Notes: a model not told the origin generated them from the sequence alone. A stretch of 38,637 nt of DNA from a virus (IMGVR_UViG_3300026302_000005:337301-375937); one strand, 5' to 3'; numbered from the stretch's first letter, positions 8,882-18,335 are shown. Program-made: numbers and translations.

Positions 8882-9860
8882 CATTGCCGAACGATGCGAT
8901 CTGTTCCGGCGTGTAGTCCATAAGCTGCGATTTCCCCAACGACACCCTCAGAGGGGCAATCTGCAACACGGCCAGTTCGGTGTAATCCTGATGTAGAGCA
9001 AGAATCGCGTCTCGCATCTGCATGGCCATGTCCCAGTCATGTGGTTGAGTCATAAGCTTAACCTCGACGGAAAACGCCGGATTGGTGGTAAGCCTGTGTT
9101 CGATCATCGTCTGGATGTTCTTGAGCATCAGTGGCATCTTGGCGAATTCAAAGTGGATACTGATCGAGATCGCATCAATCCACGGAATCAGTGTGGACCA
9201 ATACTTGGTTCCCCGCGATCCGTTGGTGGTCAGATGGGTCAAATGACCCAAAGACTTGATATACTTACACAGGTCCAAAAACTGAGGATGCAACGTCACT
9301 TCACCACCGGCGAAGCAGAACCGCAGAGGCTTGCCCTTGGCATGCTCATGAAGCTGATCAACAACACGCACCAATACATCAAATGGTTTATGTGATTCGG
9401 TATCGTTGTGAACCCCTTTGGGTCCCTTCGGGCAATAGGAACAGTCGTAATTGCAGAACCTACCCAGGTCCCACTGAACATGGATGATCATATCCTGGAT
9501 AAAGGCAGCAGAAACAATCGCCTCAGTATCAATCGTTCCGGCTTCATCTGTTCCATTCGACAACAGAGATTCGTATCCCGGTTTGAACTTGGGAAGCTTG
9601 ATCTCGGTTCCACAGTTGCATTGGGATTTGGTGCAGGTGGTCCACTCGGTGGGTGCGGTCCATCCATCGAAGATATTTCCCAGGCTTCCACCTACTCGGC
9701 AAGTGCCGACCCACACGCCCCCATCGAAGTCAATGTGGATGCTGTTGATACCAACAGAACATCGCCACCCCTTCCATTGGTTGAGGCGTTGGGCTTTAAT
9801 CTCAGAAACATCAAAGTGTTTCCGATTGTCATTTTCATCTTGGAGACAAATGATTTTCAT
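8871..9860 (-). CDS. radical SAM protein with N-terminal SPASM/twitch-like Cys domain
   Basis: CNYDCSYC and FAGGEVT in the core; N-terminal C..G.....DFDG.V..GTC...C....CNC. Confidence 0.85.
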   Translation of the reverse strand: MKIICLQDENDNRKHFDVSEIKAQRLNQWKGWRCSVGINSIHIDFDGGVWVGTCRVGGSLGNIFDGWTAPTEWTTCTKSQCNCGTEIKLPKFKPGYESLLSNGTDEAGTIDTEAIVSAAFIQDMIIHVQWDLGRFCNYDCSYCPKGPKGVHNDTESHKPFDVLVRVVDQLHEHAKGKPLRFCFAGGEVTLHPQFLDLCKYIKSLGHLTHLTTNGSRGTKYWSTLIPWIDAISISIHFEFAKMPLMLKNIQTMIEHRLTTNPAFSVEVKLMTQPHDWDMAMQMRDAILALHQDYTELAVLQIAPLRVSLGKSQLMDYTPEQIASFGNVRS

Positions 9861-9890
9861 ACACCGAAGGTAGTCCGTTGAGACGCTGTG

Positions 9891-10415
9891 TCAAGCGATC
9901 CGGAATTCCTCAGCACGGTTTAACCATCCATCGATGAAGACTGCCTGTGATGGATCACGAGCAACAATGGAGTTGAAAAACCGAACTCGCTCATCAACCA
10001 GGGCGTTGTTTAGGAGCTTACCCATCTTCTTCTGGGCAGCAGTAATGGCGTCCCGTGTCCGAGGACCGAGGACACCATCCACACTGATTGGACCGAAGCC
10101 AGCGGCATTCACCACCCGCTGTAGCATACGGATGGCGTTGACCGGGCCATGGTTGATAGCCATGTCCAACAGATGGGTCCGGAGAGGCTCCGCCAGCAAA
10201 TGGATACGAGGGCCGGTGAGATAGCTGCGTTCGTAAATCTCGCGGGCGGTATCCTCAGTCATATCCTTGACTTCTTGAAGGCTGGCTGGACGCCCGAGAT
10301 ATTGAGAATAGGTCCGAATGGTAACCCCAAACTTGGTCGGTCCACCCTTGTCGGCTTTGTGGTTGACAAACCCACCCTCGTTGTGCAAGACTACGCTAAT
10401 CGGATCACTGCTCAT
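9891..10415 (-). CDS. GH108 lysozyme (endolysin) with peptidoglycan-binding C-terminus
   Basis: EGGFVNHKADKGGPTKFGVT, DMAINHGP, LQR, DGVLGP.T and GWLNR. TAAATA at 10434-10439. Confidence 0.92.
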   Translation of the reverse strand: MSSDPISVVLHNEGGFVNHKADKGGPTKFGVTIRTYSQYLGRPASLQEVKDMTEDTAREIYERSYLTGPRIHLLAEPLRTHLLDMAINHGPVNAIRMLQRVVNAAGFGPISVDGVLGPRTRDAITAAQKKMGKLLNNALVDERVRFFNSIVARDPSQAVFIDGWLNRAEEFRIA

Positions 10416-10452
10416 GATGATTCTCCTCGTGGGTATTTATGGAGGTATTGCT

Positions 10453-10716
10453 GTGCAGGACAATCGCATCACCCAACAGGAACTTATTGCTCTGTTCGGG
10501 GAGAACATGCCGATGGAGGCGGCGGCGTTGCTGATGCACAGCCAGTTACCAGTGGATGAAATTCGAGTAAAACTCCGAGAGATCGCCAAGACCTGGGGAA
10601 CCCACATACTCTCCGAGTGCCTCCGAGATTTGGTATTCGCAGCGGAAGACGATGACCTGGAAGCTGCCCTTCGAATTCGGTCCTACATTTTGGAGAACTA
10701 TCAAAAGATTTCTTGA
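10453..10716 (+). CDS. hypothetical protein
   Basis: GTG start after GGAGG at 10441. The longer track start overlaps the lysin gene. Confidence 0.5.
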   Translation: MQDNRITQQELIALFGENMPMEAAALLMHSQLPVDEIRVKLREIAKTWGTHILSECLRDLVFAAEDDDLEAALRIRSYILENYQKIS

Positions 10717-10741
10717 CGAATCATCTCCGATCCGGTATACG
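10713..10741 (+). promoter_or_regulatory. early-type promoter TTGACG-N17-TATACG
   Basis: Nearly identical to the promoter at 11880. Confidence 0.7.
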
Positions 10742-10768
10742 AAATGGGTAACCAACCTGGAGCCACGC

Positions 10769-11410
10769 ATGTCCGCTGTCGCCAAACTCGCAGAGAATGC
10801 CATTCGTGTCTATCCGATGTTGTATCCGAATCGTCTGCGGTTTCTCCAAACAGTGTTCTCTCGCTACGGCAGCAACTACCAGGTTGACCGTGAAACCGGC
10901 GATCTGGTTAGCAGTGATGGCATTCATGACACCGATCAGTATGTCCCCGATGCGAAAGAATCATCGAGTGATACGGCAAACACCGTTAACCGCCGTGATG
11001 CGATGATCGCACAATGGACGTCCGAGAATGCCGCAGCCATCGCCGAGCATTCCATCTACGACGAACTGGTATCACTGACCGAGCTTGCATGGCCGACCTA
11101 TGGCTTCATGGGCGAAGAGGTCCCAGTGGAAGCCATGTCCAAGGATACCCGTGATGCCTTCTGGGAAGTGCTGCATACCTACACAGAGGCATATTCCATG
11201 GCAAAGTCCAGGGATACCGACCGGACCATGCAATACTACTGCACCGGGAAATCCTGGAACCTGGCCTGGAACCATCAAGTCGAAATCTTCGAGGGTGCCA
11301 TGAAACTGCTTGAGCGGCTCACCGGCATGACCCATGAACAGCGTGTGGCGGAGCAAACCGCGACCATGGAAAAGATCATCGCGGAAATGAAAGAAGAAGG
11401 GACCTGGTAA
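10769..11410 (+). CDS. hypothetical protein
   Basis: ATG 10769 follows the promoter and a GGAG RBS. Confidence 0.7.
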   Translation: MSAVAKLAENAIRVYPMLYPNRLRFLQTVFSRYGSNYQVDRETGDLVSSDGIHDTDQYVPDAKESSSDTANTVNRRDAMIAQWTSENAAAIAEHSIYDELVSLTELAWPTYGFMGEEVPVEAMSKDTRDAFWEVLHTYTEAYSMAKSRDTDRTMQYYCTGKSWNLAWNHQVEIFEGAMKLLERLTGMTHEQRVAEQTATMEKIIAEMKEEGTW

Positions 11411-11559
11411 TGCAGATCAAACATCACATCGGCACCGGCTACAAATGCAACTGGTTCACCATCGTGGATGGGGCCGGTATGGTTCTGCATGAGGTCTACT
11501 ACAACAAGGGGGACCGAAAGGGTCGAGATCGAGCAGAAGCGGAGGCCAAATCATGGTGA
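11410..11559 (+). CDS. small hypothetical protein, 49 aa
   Basis: Below the track cutoff. MQIKHHIGTGYKCNWFTIVDGAGMVLHEVYYNKGDRKGRDRAEAEAKSW, TAATG-coupled, fills the gap between neighbours exactly. Confidence 0.55.
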   Translation: MQIKHHIGTGYKCNWFTIVDGAGMVLHEVYYNKGDRKGRDRAEAEAKSW

Positions 11560-11870
11560 CCGAGCTTGTTCTTCACCCGCAGCGTTATCCCGTGCATGGG
11601 CCCAGTGGGAGCCGTGGCACCGATGCCAACAAAGGCCAGGTCTATGGTGGTGCCTGCAACACCACGCGGTGTGAATCCCACGAGGCGGTCTATTGGAATT
11701 CCGCCACTCGGGGGCTCTACTGCTGGCAGTGTGCCAAAGGCATCAACTTCAATCCCCGGGAACCCGACCTCTGCATCGACTATGGCAAGAAGCCAGAAAC
11801 GGTCGAGGCGATGGACGCGATCAGCGATAAGTTTGCCATCGATATTGGGTGGAAAAAAGCTCCCACCTAA
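11553..11870 (+). CDS. Cys-rich (putative Zn-binding) phage protein
   Basis: KG..GGACN.T.C.....YWN..T..LYC..CA..IN pattern; GGAGG RBS. Confidence 0.7.
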   Translation: MVTELVLHPQRYPVHGPSGSRGTDANKGQVYGGACNTTRCESHEAVYWNSATRGLYCWQCAKGINFNPREPDLCIDYGKKPETVEAMDAISDKFAIDIGWKKAPT

Positions 11871-11879
11871 ATTTGGTTC

Positions 11880-11908
11880 TTGACGAATCAATCCGATCCC
11901 GGTATACC
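11880..11908 (+). promoter_or_regulatory. early-type promoter TTGACG-N17-TATACC
   Basis: Followed by an AGGAG RBS and ATG 11936. Confidence 0.7.
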
Positions 11909-11935
11909 TGTGTCATCGGAACAGGAGATGACACC

Positions 11936-12763
11936 ATGGCTCGTATGACCTTCGTCGAACTGAACGCCGCTCTGGACGCCTGCATCGCTGCTGGTGCGAT
12001 CTTCAACGTAGACTACCAGGATTGGAAGACCTACGTCGCGACCCGCATGCTGGAAGCCGACATCGACCAAGTGACCCGTGCCCTGTATCTGGACATCCCC
12101 CACGAGAGCCGCACCGACATCGATGGCGAAATCTACTGGGCCAAAGTGGGCGTTTCGATTGTGACCTTCCCGTCCAAGAAGTTTGCCGCTGCCATCCAGG
12201 CCGACACCGCCTATGCCGAGGGTCTGCGTGAAGTTGCCGCCCAGTGGACCCCGGTGGCCGAGAAATTCCGCACCCTCAAATCGATGATCGTCATGGGCCG
12301 CAAGCCCGCCGAGACCCCCCGCCAAACCCCGGTTCGCACCCTGGACAACACCGGCACCTGCTCGTGCTGCTCGATGAACGTCAAGCTCAAAGATGGCAAG
12401 ATCGTCTCGCACGGCTTCACCATCCGCTATGGCTGGCAGCAGGGTGTGTGCTTCGGTCGCGGCTACGCCCCGTTCGAAGTGTCGCCGGAAGGTGCAGTGG
12501 CCTACAACGAAATGCTGGGCAACATGCTGGTTCGGATCAGCCTGAACAAAACCAACCTGATCGCCAAGCGTCCTGACCTGGAAATCCGCGACCGCCACAC
12601 CGGCAAGGTCACTGCAACGCTCCAGGACGGCCACAAGAATTACGACCGCGTTCTGGAAGGTCGGGTTCGTGAGATGGAAGCAGAAATCCGCCAGATCGAA
12701 TTCGAGATCGGCCACTTCACCAAGAAGATCGCAACCTGGACCCCCGGCGTTCTGCCGGGGTGA
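11936..12763 (+). CDS. hypothetical protein with Cys/His cluster
   Basis: GTCSCC...SHGF...GVC.G motif. Strong C/G third-position usage by eye. Start corrected to ATG 11936. Confidence 0.8.
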   Translation: MARMTFVELNAALDACIAAGAIFNVDYQDWKTYVATRMLEADIDQVTRALYLDIPHESRTDIDGEIYWAKVGVSIVTFPSKKFAAAIQADTAYAEGLREVAAQWTPVAEKFRTLKSMIVMGRKPAETPRQTPVRTLDNTGTCSCCSMNVKLKDGKIVSHGFTIRYGWQQGVCFGRGYAPFEVSPEGAVAYNEMLGNMLVRISLNKTNLIAKRPDLEIRDRHTGKVTATLQDGHKNYDRVLEGRVREMEAEIRQIEFEIGHFTKKIATWTPGVLPG

Positions 12764-12783
12764 TCCCTCACCGAGGAACCGAC

Positions 12784-13410
12784 ATGATGGAATTCATACC
12801 CTATACCTGGACGACTGATGGCACAGGTGAAACCGTCTGGCAGGGTCTCCGTCCTGTTGCGTTCTTTCCGAAAGGTAGCGATTTGTTCCTGGACTATCAT
12901 ACTGGAACCTGGCTCCCACGTGATCCAGTTAAACCTCCGGTCCCGGAAAAGTCATCGCGATGGGAAACCATCCTGGCCCTGGCCGTGCTGGTGTTCTTCA
13001 CCACGCTGCCGGTATGGGCGCAATGCACCACCCCGGCCCCCGATCTACCCTACGGCATGGGCCCGCATGAGTATAGCTGGGTCAATGCCTATGATGGGTT
13101 CGTCAGGGTCGGTGAGGTCAACGAAATCCAGTGGATTCCGGTGTGCCATGATGGTCAGCAATTCTATGCCGTCTACTATGGGGCAGAGGGCCCCGAGGCG
13201 TTCCACAGTGTGGCACTACTGTTCGCGGAACAATACGGCGACTCAGAGGGGGTCAACATCGAGATCATCGGGAACATCGATCTACGAGGGGTCTCCGGGG
13301 TTGGTCTGTTGTGGGAAGACGAGCAGGTAAAGCTGGATCAATCCCATACGGGATATCCACCACTGCCGTTGTGGGACTTCCACGGAGAACTGAATCGCCT
13401 GTATTGGTGA
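12784..13410 (+). CDS. hypothetical membrane-anchored or exported protein
   Basis: Internal hydrophobic stretch ILALAVLVFFTTLPVWA; GAGG RBS. Confidence 0.65.
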   Translation: MMEFIPYTWTTDGTGETVWQGLRPVAFFPKGSDLFLDYHTGTWLPRDPVKPPVPEKSSRWETILALAVLVFFTTLPVWAQCTTPAPDLPYGMGPHEYSWVNAYDGFVRVGEVNEIQWIPVCHDGQQFYAVYYGAEGPEAFHSVALLFAEQYGDSEGVNIEIIGNIDLRGVSGVGLLWEDEQVKLDQSHTGYPPLPLWDFHGELNRLYW

Positions 13411-13417
13411 ATGCTTC

Positions 13418-13446
13418 TTGACAAACAAACGCAATCCGGGTAGACC
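13418..13446 (+). promoter_or_regulatory. early-type promoter TTGACA-N17-TAGACC
   Basis: Upstream of the AGGAG RBS of 13474. Confidence 0.65.
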
Positions 13447-13473
13447 ACACACAACGCAACCAGGAGATTCTCC

Positions 13474-14010
13474 ATGCTTATCGGCATCTACATCAAGGAC
13501 ATGTTTCTCGGAACCCCGGAGCAATTCGATGATACCTTTGGGGGTGGGATCGAGTGGGACCTGGTTGGGGACAACCCCTGTGATGTCGAGATGATCAGCA
13601 CCTGGACCCGACCGGCCTCACCCGACCACACTGACATCCTGATCCAGGAATTCCCGACCGAGGATGCCCGTGACGAGTGGTTCCGTCGCACCAACGAACA
13701 GATCGATGCAGATCAGCCCGGACAGGACAAATCCACGTTTCCGTTTGATGTGGCAACCTACGACCTGATCCGGTCGAAGATCAAGGACCTGTCGTGGTTC
13801 AAGGATGATGCCTCCTGGTCCCACGAAACCTGGACCGCCTATGGCGTCGAAGAGCATCGCCTGACGATGGACCCGGCGACCAAAACCATCGAGTATTGGG
13901 CCGAGGGCGAGGGCCCGGTTTATACCGATATGAACGTGGCCAAGGCTGCGGTCAACGAGCACCACAAGGATACCGTGATGCGGGAGTTTTTCCAACTCAC
14001 GGCTGGTTGA
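13474..14010 (+). CDS. hypothetical protein, paralog family A copy 1
   Basis: IGIYIKDMFLGTPEQFD...W...FPTEDARDEWF. Confidence 0.75.
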   Translation: MLIGIYIKDMFLGTPEQFDDTFGGGIEWDLVGDNPCDVEMISTWTRPASPDHTDILIQEFPTEDARDEWFRRTNEQIDADQPGQDKSTFPFDVATYDLIRSKIKDLSWFKDDASWSHETWTAYGVEEHRLTMDPATKTIEYWAEGEGPVYTDMNVAKAAVNEHHKDTVMREFFQLTAG

Positions 14011-14035
14011 CGAATCACGAAACTCCGGCTACGAC
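14007..14035 (+). promoter_or_regulatory. early-type promoter TTGACG-N17-TACGAC
   Basis: Shares TTGACGAATCA with the promoters at 10713 and 11880. Confidence 0.6.
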
Positions 14036-14060
14036 CGGATCAACACAACAGGAGATCGAG

Positions 14061-14525
14061 ATGGACCCGGTTATCAGCATCTACGTCAAAGGCATGTTTC
14101 TCGGGACATCGCAGGACTTCGATGTCGCCTATGGCGACTACATGATCTGGGAGGACACGTTTTTCAATGAAACCGGTCGTCAACATCTGATCGACTGCAT
14201 CTGGGGCCAGATCGATGTTCCCCGGTCGGACATCGATGTGCAATTCCACTACACCGAAGCGGATCAGACCGAGTGGTTTGATAGCAAGAATGAGCAGACC
14301 GAGGTGGTCCCCCAGATCAGCGAGACCGACTGGGCAACCGCTCATGTCATGAACGCCCTGATCGATCTCGGCCTGGGCGAACAGGTGAGCCAAATGGTCG
14401 AGGTGGTCGATCAACTGGAACGTCGCATCACCGATGCGGATGCGGCTGTTCCCAAAATTCTCACCATCCTTGGATACGGATGGGACGAGGAAGAGGGCAA
14501 CATCATGGTCGGTCAACTGAAATAA
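14061..14525 (+). CDS. hypothetical protein, paralog family A copy 2
   Basis: ISIYVKGMFLGTSQDFD...W...HYTEADQTEWF. Start at ATG 14061 after AGGAG. Confidence 0.75.
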   Translation: MDPVISIYVKGMFLGTSQDFDVAYGDYMIWEDTFFNETGRQHLIDCIWGQIDVPRSDIDVQFHYTEADQTEWFDSKNEQTEVVPQISETDWATAHVMNALIDLGLGEQVSQMVEVVDQLERRITDADAAVPKILTILGYGWDEEEGNIMVGQLK

Positions 14526-14526
14526 G

Positions 14527-14817
14527 ATGACCAACAGAGAGGAATACCAGATGATCGACCGTTACGCATACACCGGCATCTATCTCCAGCGTGGTTCCAC
14601 CTGGCTGACCGGAACCCCCATGGATTTCCCGGATGTCTTTGACAAGGCCGATGTCGGCTGGGAATTCTGGCAAGCCAATGACCAGGATCAACAGACCGGT
14701 CAAGCTCTGATGGAAGCGTCTGCACCCAAGGATGCAGTCGTGATCGTCAAGATTTTCCCCACCTATGATGCCCGGGAGGAATGGTTCCGGTCGGCACAGC
14801 CGAAAGGATTCGTCTGA
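14527..14817 (+). CDS. hypothetical protein, paralog family A copy 3
   Basis: TGIYLQ....LTGTPMDF...W...FPTYDAREEWF. Confidence 0.7.
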   Translation: MTNREEYQMIDRYAYTGIYLQRGSTWLTGTPMDFPDVFDKADVGWEFWQANDQDQQTGQALMEASAPKDAVVIVKIFPTYDAREEWFRSAQPKGFV

Positions 14818-15266
14818 TGCACTTGGTCGAATTGAACATCACCACCTTTCGGGGCTCCATCGGCGGCGAGCACTACTACGGACAATTCAGGGTTCACGGA
14901 AACCCTGAACATCCCCTGTATGGCACGTCTGTCGAACGACCTGTCGATCAGGCCGAGGCTGACTATCTGAACGAGAAGGATGGCAACCAGCGGGGCTATT
15001 ACTGGATCGAGGCCGGTGATATGGTATCCCGGTTCAACTCGATCCAACAGTTGACTGAGCGGGCGGCAGAGGTCTTTCCGTCGCTGTTTCACCCAGGGGT
15101 TCTGTTTCACAATCCACAGCGGGAAATCGATGATCCGACTGATGGTCGGTATTGGGTGGATGACTACGTGGTGCTATGGGGTGCGGATCAGGCATCGGCT
15201 TTGGCCGAGCAGACAACACGCACCGCACGGCTCATTCTGAAATCCCTGCAAGAGCAGCCGACATGA
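14817..15266 (+). CDS. hypothetical protein
   Basis: TGATG-coupled start at 14817. Confidence 0.65.
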   Translation: MHLVELNITTFRGSIGGEHYYGQFRVHGNPEHPLYGTSVERPVDQAEADYLNEKDGNQRGYYWIEAGDMVSRFNSIQQLTERAAEVFPSLFHPGVLFHNPQREIDDPTDGRYWVDDYVVLWGADQASALAEQTTRTARLILKSLQEQPT

Positions 15267-15490
15267 TCGACTGGATACCCATGAAGGACCGCCTGCCAGA
15301 GCCTGGGCGGTCCTATCTGATCCTGGCCTACCGGTGTGGACCGGTGGCGGATGTGGCCTTCTACGAGGGGATAAAGCCCGGTGGAGAGCATTGGTGGATA
15401 CTGTCGGATGTGACACTGGATCATCACCTGATCTCGTATTGGGCAGAACTGGATTATCCAGAGGAAAATGAAGATGTTCTACGGGTATGA
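15263..15490 (+). CDS. DUF551-like small phage protein
   Basis: WIPMKDRLPE..R.YL....ISYWAEL motif; ATGA-coupled. Confidence 0.65.
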   Translation: MIDWIPMKDRLPEPGRSYLILAYRCGPVADVAFYEGIKPGGEHWWILSDVTLDHHLISYWAELDYPEENEDVLRV

Positions 15491-15719
15491 AACTCGACCC
15501 AGGTGTTTAGATAAAATTCCCGAGAAATCTATCAATCGGGTGCCTTTTCGCAAGTGTAGCACTGGTCGCGTATGTCGTGGTGAGTTTCCTTTTCGACACC
15601 CTGATGGTTCAGTGTGGTGGCGGTTCATTTACCAAGATGGCGATCCTGATGATGGCATAACGATCTCCAAATGCACCACTACCATAGGCCAGAATACATT
15701 CACATGGTTCGAAGAATGA
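15468..15719 (+). CDS. hypothetical protein
   Basis: 83 aa ORF with GAGG RBS. Confidence 0.55.
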   Translation: MKMFYGYETRPRCLDKIPEKSINRVPFRKCSTGRVCRGEFPFRHPDGSVWWRFIYQDGDPDDGITISKCTTTIGQNTFTWFEE

Positions 15720-15753
15720 TACTGGACATTCTGGCTCAATTCTGGTAAGATGA

Positions 15754-16026
15754 ATGCAACAGCAACTGGAGCCTGACATGAATCTCGTGGGAATTGAACT
15801 GAACGGCCTCTACGTCACCGCGTGTGGATACATCATCAAGATGGTGAACACGCATGAGATGAAGGATGGCACGGTTGGCTTCGTCGGCACCCAGATGTAT
15901 CGGCATCGCGACGGCACTCTGGAAGAGGACGCCGCTGGCTGGCACTATGATCGCCTTGGCGGTCACCAGTATGGGGATGAAGGACTGAACATCATCGGTC
16001 GTTTCGTCGAGCGGGACGGGTATTGA
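15754..16026 (+). CDS. hypothetical protein
   Basis: 90 aa ORF; possible TGGACA...GGTAAGAT promoter upstream. Confidence 0.6.
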   Translation: MQQQLEPDMNLVGIELNGLYVTACGYIIKMVNTHEMKDGTVGFVGTQMYRHRDGTLEEDAAGWHYDRLGGHQYGDEGLNIIGRFVERDGY

Positions 16027-16029
16027 GGA

Positions 16030-16587
16030 TCAGCCCAGTCTGATCTTCTTCCCGATCTCAAAGTGCCGTCGTAGCTTTGCGATGACACCGGCAGATGCCT
16101 GTCGTAGATCACCCGGGTATTTCCACCCCTGAAATGGAGTCTCCCACCCCTTGGTGGTGATCTTCTCGCCGGTATCGAATTCCACACCACGAGCGGACTC
16201 AATCCACCCATGTAGTCCATATCGTTCCCGTGCCCAAGCATCGATTGGGATCACCCTGGTGATCTTGATCAGATTGAAGTGGTCGGCATCAACAAAGGTC
16301 TCTCCACCCCATCGTCCGAGGCGATCCAACTGATAGACAGCAGGATCGACTGCAAACTCAACCACAAACGGTCGTAGGTATCCATGCCCGTTCACCCATT
16401 TCTCGACATCAGCAGTCAGATATATGCCCCGGTTTCCTTCCCGAGAGGATATTGAGATTGCGTTGTCTTCCGGGGCAAAGTTGGGATCAAGGACGAATTT
16501 GGCATTATCGGTCAAATGATATAGCAGCGTGGGCTGCTGTTGTTCCACGATTCGGGTCCTGTGAGATGATAGATCATGAAGTCTCAT
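16030..16587 (-). CDS. ADP-ribosyltransferase-like single-domain protein
   Basis: LLYHLT...F.....GIYLT......GE.FV. Starts MRLHDL...RIVE. TAAATA at 16654-16659. Confidence 0.55.
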   Translation of the reverse strand: MRLHDLSSHRTRIVEQQQPTLLYHLTDNAKFVLDPNFAPEDNAISISSREGNRGIYLTADVEKWVNGHGYLRPFVVEFAVDPAVYQLDRLGRWGGETFVDADHFNLIKITRVIPIDAWARERYGLHGWIESARGVEFDTGEKITTKGWETPFQGWKYPGDLRQASAGVIAKLRRHFEIGKKIRLG

Positions 16588-16614
16588 ACTACACCTACCG
16601 AGCGGAACAAAGTC

Positions 16615-16643
16615 TTGACATGCCCGGAAATCCCTGTTAAAGC
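16615..16643 (+). promoter_or_regulatory. sigma70-like promoter TTGACA-N17-TAAAGC
   Basis: Upstream of the RNA ligase, divergent from the late promoter at 16654. Confidence 0.55.
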
Positions 16644-16672
16644 TGCTGCATCGTATTTACGGAGGAATCATC

Positions 16673-17908
16673 GTGAAGCACTATCCGTTCCCTTCCATCC
16701 GGACCCTGGATGATCTTCTTCCCGCCATCGAAGGCCGCGAAGAGATCAAGGTGATGGACCGTGGCGACTACCTGGTGGTCGATTACCTCTATGTGCTTCC
16801 GGACACGTTCCCGCCGATCCCGGATGATCCGACCACGCCGGAATGGCGACTGGCCGTGCTGCGGCGTGAGTGCCGTGGCATCATGTTCCACAAGGATGGC
16901 ACCCTGCTGTCCCGTCGTCTCCACAAGTTCTTCAACATGGGCGAACGTGAAGAGATGCTGCCGGAGAACATCGATTTCTCTCGGCCCCACCACATCCTGA
17001 ACAAGGAAGATGGATCGATGATGTCGCCGTTCCTGGACCCCCAGGATCAGGTGAAGTGGGCGTTCGAGCAGGCCAAAGGCTACACCCAGCGAGTGTTCTG
17101 GGGCACCATGATGGGCTGGACCGATGTGGCCCAGAACGCCGAGAAATTCATCGCATCGGCAAACCAGGACTACGAGGGCTTTGCCCGGATGTGTCTGGTC
17201 GGTGGCTGGACCCCGATCTTCGAATGGTGTTCGCCGGATTCCCGCATCGTGTTGAAGCACGAGCGGGCCAAGCTGACGCTGCTGGCGATTCGTCACAACC
17301 AGACCGGTGTATACAAGACCTACGAAGATGCTGCAAACTGGGCCGATGCCTGGGGCATCCCGATGGTGGAGTCGTTCGGTTCCGTCGATGGGTCGGCAAA
17401 GGCATTCATGGAACGGGTGAAGGATGAAACCGACACCGAGGGCTACGTTGTTCAGTTCGACAACGGCCACTGCATGAAGATCAAGACCGCGTGGTATCTG
17501 CGCTTTCACAAGGCCAAGGAAAACCTGGTGTTCGAGAAGGACGTGATCAACCTGATCATGGAAGGCGACATGGATGACGTCATGCCGGTTCTGATGGAGC
17601 ATGACCGAATCCGGTTGGTGCAGTATCATGAAGACTTGATCGATTGCATGGCGGCTGCGACTCGCAACCTGGCTGCACAGGTCGGGTTGATGCGTGGCCA
17701 GACCGGTTCCGACCGTGGTGCCTATGCGGGGCTGGTGAAGGCCAATTCCGATCTACCGGGGCCGCTCAAGGCAATGGCGTTCAAGCTGTTCCAGGATGAC
17801 GGAACCTATACGGCTGCTGGGCTGATCCGACAGTTCGTGGCATTGTCGGTCGGGAACAAGACGGCGGTCGATGACATGCGGAAGATCGTTCCCGTTCAGC
17901 CATGGTGA
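16673..17908 (+). CDS. T4 Rnl1-like RNA ligase
   Basis: RECRGIMF, LHKFFNMGE, motif I KEDGSM, TPIFE, EGYVV and KIKTAWY. Confidence 0.9.
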   Translation: MKHYPFPSIRTLDDLLPAIEGREEIKVMDRGDYLVVDYLYVLPDTFPPIPDDPTTPEWRLAVLRRECRGIMFHKDGTLLSRRLHKFFNMGEREEMLPENIDFSRPHHILNKEDGSMMSPFLDPQDQVKWAFEQAKGYTQRVFWGTMMGWTDVAQNAEKFIASANQDYEGFARMCLVGGWTPIFEWCSPDSRIVLKHERAKLTLLAIRHNQTGVYKTYEDAANWADAWGIPMVESFGSVDGSAKAFMERVKDETDTEGYVVQFDNGHCMKIKTAWYLRFHKAKENLVFEKDVINLIMEGDMDDVMPVLMEHDRIRLVQYHEDLIDCMAAATRNLAAQVGLMRGQTGSDRGAYAGLVKANSDLPGPLKAMAFKLFQDDGTYTAAGLIRQFVALSVGNKTAVDDMRKIVPVQPW

Positions 17909-18093
17909 GTGATGTTGCTCGAACTGTGGACGAATTCATGTGGGTGCGTGGTCATTGGTTTCGCATGACAGACCTTCGTGACGCGGCTTATGCAAAATGG
18001 GGCGTATGGCGACCAATGTTCTATACAGGATCGCCATACGCGGATGAACTATTATCACTTGGGGTTTCCCCGGTGGAACGGAGATCGGCATGA
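17902..18093 (+). CDS. hypothetical protein
   Basis: Coupled small ORF. Confidence 0.5.
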   Translation: MVSDVARTVDEFMWVRGHWFRMTDLRDAAYAKWGVWRPMFYTGSPYADELLSLGVSPVERRSA

Positions 18094-18335
18094 CAATACC
18101 AGAAACCTATTGGAGACAACCCGTTGACCGTAACGGGCTGTTCGAGACCCTAAAGGATCGCATTCGGGTCATTGACCATGCATGCGGAACCTGGTATTAC
18201 GGCCATGACGATCTCTTTGAGGGCGGATGCTACGCCTGGATGCGGTCGCGGGAGGTTGTGGATCGCAACCACAATGATGTCCACCAGATGGTGGTGGTCG
18301 ATGGAATATGGGAGCTTCGTGATGGGCGTGTATAG
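18090..18335 (+). CDS. hypothetical protein
   Basis: ATGA-coupled 81 aa ORF. Confidence 0.55.
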   Translation: MTIPETYWRQPVDRNGLFETLKDRIRVIDHACGTWYYGHDDLFEGGCYAWMRSREVVDRNHNDVHQMVVVDGIWELRDGRV

